DNA of 64,000 nt from an uncultured Opitutaceae bacterium (lineage in GTDB: Bacteria; Verrucomicrobiota; Verrucomicrobiia; Opitutales; Opitutaceae). The notes below the pieces were generated by a model that saw only the letters and a program-made list of their open reading frames with translations, searched no databases and was not told the DNA's origin. Position 1 is the stretch's first letter. The number at the start of each line of letters is the position of its first letter. Shown here piece by piece: positions 44,690-53,565 of this stretch. The position numbers and the translations under genes are program-made. The stretch lies in NCBI GenBank assembly GCA_964484165.1, contig CAZAFS010000001.1:763-64762 (forward strand), written 5' to 3'.

Positions 44690-45178
44690 TTGGAAGCATT
44701 TATGACACATTCTGCCATGAAAGTCGCGATAGATAGTGACGACGCCGGCCTTGGGCTGAAAAAAGCGATTCTTGAGTTTCTTCGGACAAAAGGAGCGGAT
44801 ATTTATGATCTGGACTATACCTCCCGCAAAAGCGGTGCCTTCTATCCAGAAATCGGATATCATCTGGCGCTCAAGGTGAAGAACCATGAATATGACAGAG
44901 GCATCCTAATTTGCGGCACAGGCTTGGGCATGTGTATGATCGCCAACAAAGTCTCCGGCGTTTACGCGGGGGTGTGCCATGACGTATATTCTGCCGAGCG
45001 CCTCGTTAAGAGCAATGATGCGCAGGTCATTACCCTCGGTGCGCGTGTGATCGGCATAGAACTTGCCAAAATGATTGTGACCGCTTGGCTCGAATCTGAA
45101 TTCCAGAAAGGCTCGTCTTTACCAAAGGTGCGTCAAATGCGGCAGTTGGAGCGGCAATCGTTTCATTCTCTACGCTAG
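44690..45178 (+). CDS. rpiB: RpiB/LacA/LacB-family sugar-phosphate isomerase
   Basis: The motifs are MKVAIDSDDAGLGLKKAI, RGILICGTGLGMCMIANKV, GVYAGVCHD, SAERLVKSNDAQVITLGARVIG and LESEF. Alternative ATG starts lie at 44702 and 44717. Confidence 0.85.
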   Translation: MEAFMTHSAMKVAIDSDDAGLGLKKAILEFLRTKGADIYDLDYTSRKSGAFYPEIGYHLALKVKNHEYDRGILICGTGLGMCMIANKVSGVYAGVCHDVYSAERLVKSNDAQVITLGARVIGIELAKMIVTAWLESEFQKGSSLPKVRQMRQLERQSFHSLR

Positions 45179-45218
45179 TTGATACAAACAATAACCACAA
45201 AAACCGGAGAGATTACAG

Positions 45219-46226
45219 ATGGTCATCATTCAATCATACGGACTAGCTGTCGTTTTGCTGTTTATCGGCATGCTCGCCTGGGGTTCGTGGCCCAACACCC
45301 TTAAACTGGCGGACAAGGAATGGAAGTTCCAACTCTTCTATTGGGACTACGCCGTTGGGGTTTTACTTTTCGCTTTGGGAATGGCCCTCACGCTGGGCAG
45401 CCATGGCACTGCGGGCCGGAGTTTTATTGCCGATTTGCAGCAGATCAGCGGCCAGTCGCTGATGCTCGCGCTGCTCGGAGGGTTTGTTTTCAATTGTTAC
45501 AACTTGCTGCTGGTCAGCGCGCTGGACATTGCTGGTATTGCCGTTGCATTCCCGATCGGAGTCGGTGTCGCCTCGGCCCTAGGCACCTTGGTCAATTATG
45601 TGTTTAAGCCAGAAGGCAATCCGGTGCTAGTGTTCTCGGGGATTGCCGCGATTGTCTTGGCGGTGGTTTTTGACGCGCTCGCTTATAGAAAGATTCCTTC
45701 GGCGAACCAGCAATCCAGCACCAAAGGTATCGTGCTTTCCTTGGCGGCAGGAATCTTCGGTTCCTTCTTTTTCCTGCTTGTGCAAGCAGCCATGGTTCAA
45801 AACGAGACGGCGCAGATTCTTGAGGCAGGGAAAGTGACCTCTTACACAGCGGTGGTTTTGTTCGCGGCCGGCTTGGTATTGTCGAACTTTATCCTTAACA
45901 GTTTTCTGATGATGCGCCCGTTTGCCGGTGACCCGATCCCCTTTGGCGATTATGTCAAAAAGGGGACGTTGAAAATGCACGCGATCGGCATTGTGGGCGG
46001 CCTGATCTGGTGCATTGGGATGTCCTTTAGCAACCTGGCCTCGGGCGCCGCTGGGCCTTCGATTTCTTACGGCTTGGTGCAGGCCTGCACGATGATCGCC
46101 GCGATATGGGGCGTGTTTGTTTGGAAAGAGTTCAAGAATGCGCCGCCGGGAACAGGCAAGTTAATTGTTTGGATGTTCATGGCGTATTGTATAGGAATCG
46201 CGCTCCTGATCTTGGCTAAGAGGTAA
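45219..46226 (+). CDS. DMT-superfamily (GRP/RhaT-like) sugar transporter
   Basis: The ORF is 335 aa with about 10 hydrophobic segments. The N-terminus reads LAWGSWPNTLKLADKEWKFQLFYWDY. The region is AT-richer than most of the window. Confidence 0.65.
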   Translation: MVIIQSYGLAVVLLFIGMLAWGSWPNTLKLADKEWKFQLFYWDYAVGVLLFALGMALTLGSHGTAGRSFIADLQQISGQSLMLALLGGFVFNCYNLLLVSALDIAGIAVAFPIGVGVASALGTLVNYVFKPEGNPVLVFSGIAAIVLAVVFDALAYRKIPSANQQSSTKGIVLSLAAGIFGSFFFLLVQAAMVQNETAQILEAGKVTSYTAVVLFAAGLVLSNFILNSFLMMRPFAGDPIPFGDYVKKGTLKMHAIGIVGGLIWCIGMSFSNLASGAAGPSISYGLVQACTMIAAIWGVFVWKEFKNAPPGTGKLIVWMFMAYCIGIALLILAKR

Positions 46227-46276
46227 AGATAATGGATGCGATATTATAAGAACCCTGTCTGATAAAACAAAGAGTC

Positions 46277-47704
46277 ATGGCGAAGGAAACGCATATGAAA
46301 AAAATCACATTTGCGGTAGTTGTTGGGAACCGAGGGTTTTTCCCTGCGGTTCTAGCCAAGGAAGGCCGAGAAAAACTGCTGGGTGTGCTGAAAGCAATGG
46401 GTTATGAAGTGGTAGCCTTGACGCCCGAGCAGACTAGGCATGGTTCGGTGGAAACATTTGCTGATGCCCTCAAGTGCGCGACGTTGTTCGCGACCAAGGC
46501 GGGTGAGATTGATGGAATCATCGTGACTTTGCCCAACTTTGGCGATGAAAAGGGCGTTACCGAGTCGATCAAGCGCTCCGGCTTGAAAGTGCCAGTGCTG
46601 ATCCACGCAGAGCCCGATGATTCCGGCAAAATGACAAGCGCTCACCGACGGGATTCGTTTTGCGGCAAGATTAGCGTCTGCAACAATCTAAACCAGGCCA
46701 GGATTCCTTATACGCTGACACGCTCCCACACCGTGGGCGTGGCTTCTGCTGAGTTCGCAGAGGAGGTGAAGGATTTTGCCGCGGTGTGTTCCGTGGTTAA
46801 GGGCATGCGGAAAAATGTGCGTTTAGGCGCCGTGGGCGCTAGGACGGGCGCGTTTAACACAGTCCGTTACAGTGAAAAACTGCTCGAAGCGGCGGGAATT
46901 GCGGTCGAAACCATCGACCTGTCCGAGATCTTGGGCCGAGTGGGAAACCTGAAGGACAACGACGAAGGAGTGCAGAAGAAGCTGGAGGCAATCAAGAACT
47001 ACGTGTCTGTGAAAGGGATTCCCAATGCAGCTTTGGTGAAGATGGCGAAGTTCGGCTCTGTGCTAGACCGCTGGATAGAGGATTTGCATTTAGCCGGGAC
47101 GGCCATCCAATGCTGGACGAGTTTGCAGCAGAATTTCGGGATCATGCCGTGTGCGCTGATGAGCATGATGGGCGAGATGGGTTTACCGAGTGCTTGTGAG
47201 GTCGATGTGGCCGGCTTGCTGGGGATGTACATCCTACAGCTGGCAGGAAGCACGCCCAGCGCATTGTTGGACTGGAACAACAATTATGGCGATGAACCCA
47301 ATAAATGCGTGGTGTTCCATTGCAGCAACCTGCCGAAGTCGTTTTTTGAAACCGTGAAGATGGACTATAATGAAATCATCGGCAGCATCATGGGGCAGGA
47401 AACATCATACGGCACTGTGGTGGGCAAGCTGAAGGCCTGCAGGGCCACCTATTTCCGAGTATCTACCGATGACACCCGGGGCGCGATCCGTGCCTACACC
47501 GGCGATGGCCAATTTATGAAGGCCGATATTGAATCCTTCGGGGGCTATGGCGTGATGGAAATCCCCAACCTACAGGGACTGATGCGATATGTTTGCGAGC
47601 AAGGTTTCGAGCATCATGTGGTAGTGAACGTGAGCGCGAAAGCGGCGGTGATTCACGAAGCGCTGAAGAAGTACTTAGGCTGGGATATTTATTTACACCG
47701 GTAG
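46277..47704 (+). CDS. L-fucose/L-arabinose isomerase-family protein (about 475 aa type)
   Basis: The N-terminal domain reads KITFAVVVGNRGFFP...GIIVTLPNFGDEK. The C-terminal FucI-type domain contains GLPSACEVDVAG, VFHCSNLP and GFEHHVVVNVS. Confidence 0.8.
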   Translation: MAKETHMKKITFAVVVGNRGFFPAVLAKEGREKLLGVLKAMGYEVVALTPEQTRHGSVETFADALKCATLFATKAGEIDGIIVTLPNFGDEKGVTESIKRSGLKVPVLIHAEPDDSGKMTSAHRRDSFCGKISVCNNLNQARIPYTLTRSHTVGVASAEFAEEVKDFAAVCSVVKGMRKNVRLGAVGARTGAFNTVRYSEKLLEAAGIAVETIDLSEILGRVGNLKDNDEGVQKKLEAIKNYVSVKGIPNAALVKMAKFGSVLDRWIEDLHLAGTAIQCWTSLQQNFGIMPCALMSMMGEMGLPSACEVDVAGLLGMYILQLAGSTPSALLDWNNNYGDEPNKCVVFHCSNLPKSFFETVKMDYNEIIGSIMGQETSYGTVVGKLKACRATYFRVSTDDTRGAIRAYTGDGQFMKADIESFGGYGVMEIPNLQGLMRYVCEQGFEHHVVVNVSAKAAVIHEALKKYLGWDIYLHR

Positions 47705-47918
47705 CGGATTGTTGCGAACTGAGGAAACGCCGTCGGCCAGAGATGGGCGACAATGGGCAGGTTTATATCCCCCGCTTATATCGTTGCTGCACTGCAATCT
47801 CTTTTCCAACGAGCGTTGCGTTAAGTGATACAGATGAAGGCTGGTCTTATTGCGCAGTGAAAGGCCTTGCTGAAGGGGCGATCTGGGAGCAATGCGAAAA
47901 CCTGAAGCTGAGCGTTCC

Positions 47919-48917
47919 ATGAAAAAACTCATTAATAACCCCAATAATGTCGCCCTAGAGTCCATCGAAGGACTGGCTGTAGCTTTTCCGAATCTACTTA
48001 GAAAACTCGACAAATGGCAGGCGGTCGTGCGTCGCGACTCTCCCATACTGAAGAAGGTCGCAGTGCTGACCGGCGGCGGCAGCGGCCACGAACCTATGTT
48101 CGCCGGTTATGTCGGCGCGGGCTTGGCCGACGGCAGCGTTGCCGGCAACGTGTTCACATCGCCGCCGCCGCCGCCGATCATCGCGACGGGCAAAGCTATC
48201 CATGGCGGCCGGGGGGTGCTATTTCTCTATGGGAACTACGCGGGCGATGTGCTGAACTTCGACGTTGCAGCCGAGGAGCTCCAAGCGGACGGCATCTCTG
48301 TGAATACTGTGCGGATCGCCGACGACGTGACTTCAGCGCCCAAGGAGCACGAGCAGGAAAGGCGCGGGGTTGCGGGGGACTTGTTCGTGATCAAGATCGC
48401 TGGCGCGGCGGCCGCCGAGGGCGGCGATCTGGCGGCGGTCACCGCGGCGGCGCAGAAGGCCGAAGCCAATACCCGCAGCATGGGCGTGGCGCTCAGCTCT
48501 TGCGTGATTCCCGCGTCTGGCAAACCGATCTTCGAGCTAGGCGAACGAGACATGGAAATCGGCATGGGGTTGCACGGCGAACCTGGTGTCCAGCGCGGGA
48601 TACTCGCGCCGGTTGACTCTGTCGCTGAGATGCTGCTTGGTCGGATCCTCGATGACATGCCAGTGTCCGTCGGCAGCGAGGTCGGAGTCCTCGTCAACGG
48701 GTTCGGCGCCACACCTTTGGCGGAGTTGTTCGTCTTGTTCCGCGCCGTCCACCGTCTCCTCGGCCAAGCTGGCATTGCCATCTTGCGTGCTTACGTCGGC
48801 AATTATGCCACCTCAATCGACATGGCTGGCGGATCGGTGACGCTGATCAAGCTCGACCCGGAACTGAAGCGCTGGCTGCTCGCCCCATGTCATAGCGCTG
48901 CTCTCACGCAGATCTGA
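47919..48917 (+). CDS. dhaK: Dihydroxyacetone-kinase family, DhaK (substrate-binding) subunit
   Basis: This is ORF 47892..48917 trimmed to the ATG at 47919 (MKKLINNP). The motifs are VAVLTGGGSGHEPMFAGYVG, FTSPPP and YGNYAGDVLNF. Confidence 0.9.
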   Translation: MKKLINNPNNVALESIEGLAVAFPNLLRKLDKWQAVVRRDSPILKKVAVLTGGGSGHEPMFAGYVGAGLADGSVAGNVFTSPPPPPIIATGKAIHGGRGVLFLYGNYAGDVLNFDVAAEELQADGISVNTVRIADDVTSAPKEHEQERRGVAGDLFVIKIAGAAAAEGGDLAAVTAAAQKAEANTRSMGVALSSCVIPASGKPIFELGERDMEIGMGLHGEPGVQRGILAPVDSVAEMLLGRILDDMPVSVGSEVGVLVNGFGATPLAELFVLFRAVHRLLGQAGIAILRAYVGNYATSIDMAGGSVTLIKLDPELKRWLLAPCHSAALTQI

Positions 48918-48939
48918 CGCAGTAACGAGCTTCACTCGC

Positions 48940-49563
48940 ATGACTGCCGACAATCTGCGCGAGGCGCTCTCTTTCGCCGCCGCCCGCTTTCAAAAGGAGG
49001 AGACACGCCTCTGTAGCCTTGACGCCGCGATCGGCGACGGAGACCACGGTATCACGATGCGCATCGGTTTCGATGCCATCAATGCCGCCCTCGCAGACCT
49101 CGACGTCACAGCCGGAATCCACCAGGTGCTGCACGCAGCGGGCAATGCATTCATGGATGCCACGGGCGGAGCCATCGGCATCATCTTTGGACGCATGTTT
49201 ACCACCGCGGGCCGCGCGCTCAAGGGTCAGACGGCGCTCGATGCCGCACAATTTATGACGATGCTACGAGCCATGGAGAGTGGGGTCGTCAACGCGGGGA
49301 AGGCCCAACCAGGCGACCGAACCGCACTCGACGCCATACATGCTGCAGCAAATGTGACCGTCCAGGCAGACTTGCTATCCGTTATCAAGGCGAGTGCCGC
49401 CGCCGCCGAAAACGCCGCCTCCGATACTGCCCGGATGCAATGCAAAATTGGGCGCGCCAGCAAGCTGGGCGACCGGGTCCTTGGCCACCCCGATCCGGGA
49501 GCAACCTCCTTTGGGATCTTTCTCCGGGCCTTGGCCGACTGGGCGGAAATACACGGTCCATAG
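48940..49563 (+). CDS. dhaL: Dihydroxyacetone-kinase family, DhaL (nucleotide-binding) subunit
   Basis: The motifs are LDAAIGDGDHGITM, GGAIGIIFG, KAQPGDRTALD, GRASKLGDRVLGHPDPGA. Confidence 0.9.
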   Translation: MTADNLREALSFAAARFQKEETRLCSLDAAIGDGDHGITMRIGFDAINAALADLDVTAGIHQVLHAAGNAFMDATGGAIGIIFGRMFTTAGRALKGQTALDAAQFMTMLRAMESGVVNAGKAQPGDRTALDAIHAAANVTVQADLLSVIKASAAAAENAASDTARMQCKIGRASKLGDRVLGHPDPGATSFGIFLRALADWAEIHGP

Positions 49564-49578
49564 CCCTGCTCCTCTGGG

Positions 49579-49640
49579 TGACGTGACTCGCCTTTATTGG
49601 ACCGGGTGATGAGTTGGCCTGGGGCCAAAACGAAGATATT
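49579..49640 (+). repeat. Solo IS3 terminal fragment (orfA-proximal end), inverted relative to the copy at 18657-19938
   Basis: TGACGTGACTCGCCTTTATTGGACCGGGTGATGAGTTGGCCTGGGGCC closely matches the reverse complement of 19891-19938 (TAACGTGACTCGCCTTTCTTGGACCGGGTGATGACTTGGTCTGGGCTC). No transposase sequence follows it. Confidence 0.65.
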
Positions 49641-50204
49641 CTCTCGGTTTGAAAGTCTTTTTGAAACCGTTCAACTTGACCATAGCGACAGATAGCTCGG
49701 GATCGTCACGTTCGACTCCGCACATCATCGCCTCATGGGCGCGGATGGCGCCGGCGCCTTCGGCGACGAGGACGGTCCGGCCGTCTGTTTCCAGCGGCGG
49801 GAAGGCGGCGTAGGGGCTCAGAATCTCTCCGTCCTGGGTTTGGACGTAGTCGGGGAAATCCGCACGCAGACCCGGATTCGATTTCCAGACGGCATCATAG
49901 ACGGTGACCGGACTCGCTTTTTCGAGCCACCGAAAGTGAGAGTCTGGGCGGATGGTTGAGGTTGGTGGGGAGAGGGGAGTTTGTCCATGCCCGGCGACGG
50001 GAGCCCGAAGGGCGACCGGAGCCGGGGAGAGAAGCCGTTGACCCGCGAAGCAAGCGGGACGGACGTCGCCGAGTTGGCTGTGGGGACGGCGATGGCCCCG
50101 CCAATGTCGCCGGACGCTCCGGTCATGAATGCAATCGTGCGCCGCCAGCGACCGAGGCATTCATGAAGGGGGTCTTTGGCGCCGGGCAGGACGGCAGCTT
50201 TCAT
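49641..50204 (-). pseudogene. Unidentified gene coupled to the lactonase-like gene; frame-broken and 3'-truncated by the IS3 end
   Basis: The start at 50204 overlaps the upstream stop (ATGA). The N-terminus is in one frame (MKAAVLPGAKDPL...FMTGASGDIGGAIAV). The plausible C-terminal part is in another (SHFRWLEKASPVTVYDAVWKSNPGLRADFPDYVQTQDGEILSPY...LVAEGAGAIRAHEAMMCG...). The reading frame then runs into the IS3 remnant. Confidence 0.3.
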
Positions 50205-51070
50205 TGTTGCAGTGATGGAGTATGTTGGCGGTCGGATGCATGGTGCAGGCCGTAAAACTTGGCGCAGTTCTCGCCGAGGATCCCCGTACGGACCGTCAAT
50301 GGAAATCGCTGCACGTAATCAATGACGATCTGCATGGCGGCCCCGTAGTCGCCAGATAGCGTGCAGACCGGCCAGTCGGAGCCGATCATCACCCGTTCTG
50401 GTCCGAATGCTTCCATCACGATGTCGAGATAGCGTTCGAAATCACTCGCCTGCCACTGTCGCCATTGGGCTTCAGTGAGCATCCCGGACAGCTTGCAGTA
50501 CACCTGGCGGAACTTCGCCAACTCGCGCAGATCCTCTCTCCAAGGAGAAATCCGCTTTTCGGCGATTGCCGGTTTGGCGATATGATCGAGCACAAAAGGC
50601 TGATCGGGAAACTCTTCCACTAGTTTAAGCGCCACTGGCAGATGCCTCGGGAAAAGCAGTAGGTCATAGGTCAGATCATACGACCGGAGCTGTGCGATCC
50701 CACGCCGAAACTCCACCCCAAGCATAAAACAATCGTCGGCCTCGTCATGTACCACATGTCGCACGCCGACAAGCTTGGGCTCGCGCGCGAACATCTGCAA
50801 TTGTTCGGGCAATCGCGGCGAGCGCAAATCCACCCAACCCACCACTCCCGCGATGAAGTCGTACTGATCGGCGAGTTCCAACAGCCAGCGGGTTTCTTCC
50901 AGATTTTGCCTCGCTTGCACGGCGATACAGCCATCGAAATCAAACGACTGTAACAAGGGTTTGAGGTCAAGTGGAAGGAAGTCACGCTTGAGCCCAGCCA
51001 TCTGCTCCGTCATCCAAGTGTGCTCAAGCAGTTCGTATCGCCAGAAATGCTGATGGGAATCTAGTCTCAT
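50201..51070 (-). CDS. Amidohydrolase-2 family sugar lactonase (L-fucono-1,5-lactonase-like)
   Basis: This is ORF 50201..51184 trimmed to the ATG at 51070 (MRLDSHQHFW). The motifs are VQARQ, GVVGWVDL, FVLDHIAKP, CKLSGM and IGSDWPV. Confidence 0.85.
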   Translation of the reverse strand: MRLDSHQHFWRYELLEHTWMTEQMAGLKRDFLPLDLKPLLQSFDFDGCIAVQARQNLEETRWLLELADQYDFIAGVVGWVDLRSPRLPEQLQMFAREPKLVGVRHVVHDEADDCFMLGVEFRRGIAQLRSYDLTYDLLLFPRHLPVALKLVEEFPDQPFVLDHIAKPAIAEKRISPWREDLRELAKFRQVYCKLSGMLTEAQWRQWQASDFERYLDIVMEAFGPERVMIGSDWPVCTLSGDYGAAMQIVIDYVQRFPLTVRTGILGENCAKFYGLHHASDRQHTPSLQQ

Positions 51071-51116
51071 AGTGGATCTGTATTCATTGTTCGACGAACG
51101 CCGCCGATTGCACCGG

Positions 51117-52145
51117 TCAGGCGATAGCGACGATTGCTTTGATAACGCCGGTCTCTGGCTTGAGCCACATGGGAAAATCGCCAATCAACGTGTCGAACGT
51201 GCCGCGATGGGTGATCCATGGCTTGGTGTCGACCATCCCCCCTTCGATAAGGCGAATGATGCGATCGAAATCGCCCGACAGCGCATTGCGCGAACCTAGG
51301 ATAGTGAGTTCGCGCCGGTGGAGTGCGGGTGCGTGCGGCAACGAAAGCTCATGCTGCGTGATGCCCACATAGACCAGCCGGCCGCCAATCGCGCAGTAAT
51401 TCAGCGCTTGGCTCATCGACGTGCTATTGCCCGTGGCGTCGATTACCACGTCGGCGAGTTGGCCGTGAGTGATATCCTTAAGCGTCTTCAAGGCGGAGCC
51501 GTCGTCTCGAGCTAAAATGGTGTATGGCACGCGCAGGATGTTTCTGCAGAACGCGAGTCGACTTTCGAGCACATCAAGCACGGTGCAGTTTGCTCCAGTG
51601 ACTTTCACGAACTCGATCGCGGAAAGCCCGATCGGTCCGGCACCGATCACGAGAACGTTGTCACCGGCCTTCACGCCGCCGCGCGCCACGGCGTGGCAGC
51701 CAATCGCGAGAGTCTCAACCAACGCGAGCTGCTCGTAACTCAACGTGCTCGCGAGGTGTAGTTTCCGCGCCGGAAGAATCATCCGCTCCCGGAGACCGCC
51801 GTCGCACATCACGCCAAGCGTTACGTTCGACTCGCAGCAATTGGTAAGACCACGCCGGCATGCGTAGCAGCGCTGGCAATTCATGTAAGGCTCCACCGAG
51901 CAGCGGTCGCCCGGGCGCACATTGTCCACCCCTTCGCCGATCGCGAGCACCTCGACGCCGAGTTCGTGCCCGGGGATGCGCGGGTAAGAGTAGAATGGCA
52001 TCTTACCGAGGAACCCGCCGTAGTCCGTGCCACAGATGCCAACGCGGTGAATCCGCAATAGCACCTCACCTGCGCCGGGCATGGCGGGCTCGACAATGTC
52101 GATGGCGCGGAACGCGCGAGGCTTTTCGAGTTGGATGGCTTTCAT
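51117..52145 (-). CDS. Zinc-dependent medium-chain alcohol/sugar dehydrogenase (MDR)
   Basis: This is ORF 51117..52274 trimmed to the ATG at 52145 (MKAIQLEK). The motifs are GICGTDYG, GHELGVEV, the structural-zinc Cys cluster CQRCYACRRGLTNCC and VLVIGAGPIGL. Confidence 0.9.
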   Translation of the reverse strand: MKAIQLEKPRAFRAIDIVEPAMPGAGEVLLRIHRVGICGTDYGGFLGKMPFYSYPRIPGHELGVEVLAIGEGVDNVRPGDRCSVEPYMNCQRCYACRRGLTNCCESNVTLGVMCDGGLRERMILPARKLHLASTLSYEQLALVETLAIGCHAVARGGVKAGDNVLVIGAGPIGLSAIEFVKVTGANCTVLDVLESRLAFCRNILRVPYTILARDDGSALKTLKDITHGQLADVVIDATGNSTSMSQALNYCAIGGRLVYVGITQHELSLPHAPALHRRELTILGSRNALSGDFDRIIRLIEGGMVDTKPWITHRGTFDTLIGDFPMWLKPETGVIKAIVAIA

Positions 52146-52168
52146 GCGTTGGCGCGGCGATGGACCGC

Positions 52169-53101
52169 TCAGTTGTTTTCGGGGAGGCCTTCGAGGTGTC
52201 CGATGTTTTTCACCGGGGCAAAGATGGCCTGCACCTCTGCAAGCAGTTCGCGGTCGATCGGGTCCGCGGCCCACTGCGCCCAGTTACGGATGTTCTGCGG
52301 ATTCGCACTGCCTGCGATCGTGGTGGCGATGGCTGGATGCGAGAGGGAAAATTGAAGCGCGAGTTTCGCGATATCCACGCCTTTCTTGGCACAATGCGCG
52401 GCGGCGGCGCGCGCGGCAGCCTTGACCGGCTCAGGCTCCTTCAACCAAGCGGGCAACGGCGCGTTCGTCAGCAGCCGCGCGCTGAAAGGGCCGGCATTCA
52501 TCGCACCAACCTCCTTAGCCTCGAGAACAGGCATGATCTCGTCGGCAAACCGCGTGTTCTGCAGCGTATATTGGTTGTAACTGAGCACGCAGTCCACACT
52601 GGTCTGATTGAGTATAAAACGAAAGATCTTCATCGGGTAGCCGCTAACGCCGACGTAGCGGACCTTGCCGGTTTTTTGGATCCGACGCAGTGCCGGCAGT
52701 GTTTCATCGACGATTTGTTGCGTCGGCACGAACTCAATGTCGTGGCACAGCACAATATCGAGGTGGTCTGTGCCGAGACGATGCAGCGAGATATCGACGC
52801 TCTCTGCGACGCGCCGCGCCGAAAAGTCGAAGTGTTGGAGATCGTAGCGCCCAATCTTCGTGCAGAGAAGATAGCTCGCGCGCGGCACACCCTTGAGCGC
52901 GATCCCCAGCAGCACTTCGCTCATGCCCCGGCCGTAAAAAGGCGACGTGTCAATGAGCGTGAGCCCCAGATCGAGCGCAACGCGCACGCTGTGCAGCGCT
53001 TCGTCGAGCGTGATGTTGCGATACTCGGCGCCGAGCGAGCTAGCGCCAAAACTGAGAAGGGGAACCTCAAGGTCGGTCTTTCCGAGGCGGCGGGTTTGCA
53101 T
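52169..53101 (-). CDS. Aldo/keto reductase (aldose 1-dehydrogenase-like)
   Basis: The motifs are RRLGKTDLEVPLLSFGASSLG, LIDTSPFYG, CTKIGR, HRLGTDHLDIVLCHD and VRYVGVSGY. Confidence 0.9.
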   Translation of the reverse strand: MQTRRLGKTDLEVPLLSFGASSLGAEYRNITLDEALHSVRVALDLGLTLIDTSPFYGRGMSEVLLGIALKGVPRASYLLCTKIGRYDLQHFDFSARRVAESVDISLHRLGTDHLDIVLCHDIEFVPTQQIVDETLPALRRIQKTGKVRYVGVSGYPMKIFRFILNQTSVDCVLSYNQYTLQNTRFADEIMPVLEAKEVGAMNAGPFSARLLTNAPLPAWLKEPEPVKAAARAAAAHCAKKGVDIAKLALQFSLSHPAIATTIAGSANPQNIRNWAQWAADPIDRELLAEVQAIFAPVKNIGHLEGLPENN

Positions 53102-53108
53102 GCGAAAG

Positions 53109-53556
53109 TCAGTCTCTGTGGCAGCCGATCGTGAGGAGCACGTTAGCCCAACACGATTGGTCCGCAGTCAGGATCGTGAGGGCGAGATTCAACGTCTTCA
53201 CCTGGTCGTAGAAATCTCATTTCATGAGTGGCTCGAGCTGCAGTTTGCTACCGGCATCGGACAGGATTCTTCGATACTCCCGCCAAACTTGGGGGCTCGA
53301 CCTCGATTGCATTGGGATCGTCGGGTGGGATTCCCATCGTGTTGACGCGTTCGATCGGCACGGCGTTGAGCAGGGTTCGCAGCACTTGAGCGATGGTGAC
53401 AATGCCGGGCGCAAGGTTCAGGCAGACCAGCTCGGCGCTGGGACCACGTTTCGTCGGGGCGGGATGATTGCCGTCGGCGATGAGGATCTGCGCGTGGTGT
53501 CCCGTGCGGGCGAGCACTCGCAGGATTTCAGGATGAGTGAGAGGCGTCTTGAGCAC
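53109..53556 (-). pseudogene. fucU: RbsD/FucU-family mutarotase with one homopolymer frameshift and one in-frame TGA
   Basis: Frame 1 reads MLKTPLTHPEILRVLARTGHHAQILIADGNHPA...VPIERVNTMGIPPDDPNAIEVE. The frame shifts within the G5 run at 53291-53295 to PQVWREYRRILSDAGSKLQLEPLMK. A TGA follows at 53217-53219, then the in-frame DFYDQVKTLNLALTILTADQSCWANVLLTIG. Together these cover a full-length FucU. Confidence 0.7.
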
Positions 53557-53565
53557 AGGGATGGA

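Noticed and set aside
53217-53219. The in-frame TGA in the FucU-like gene could be selenocysteine or a UGA reassignment.
   Set aside because: The position aligns with an aromatic or hydrophobic residue of the family, not a redox Cys. No SECIS-like hairpin is evident immediately downstream. TGA is the normal stop of many intact genes here. The same gene also carries a frameshift.
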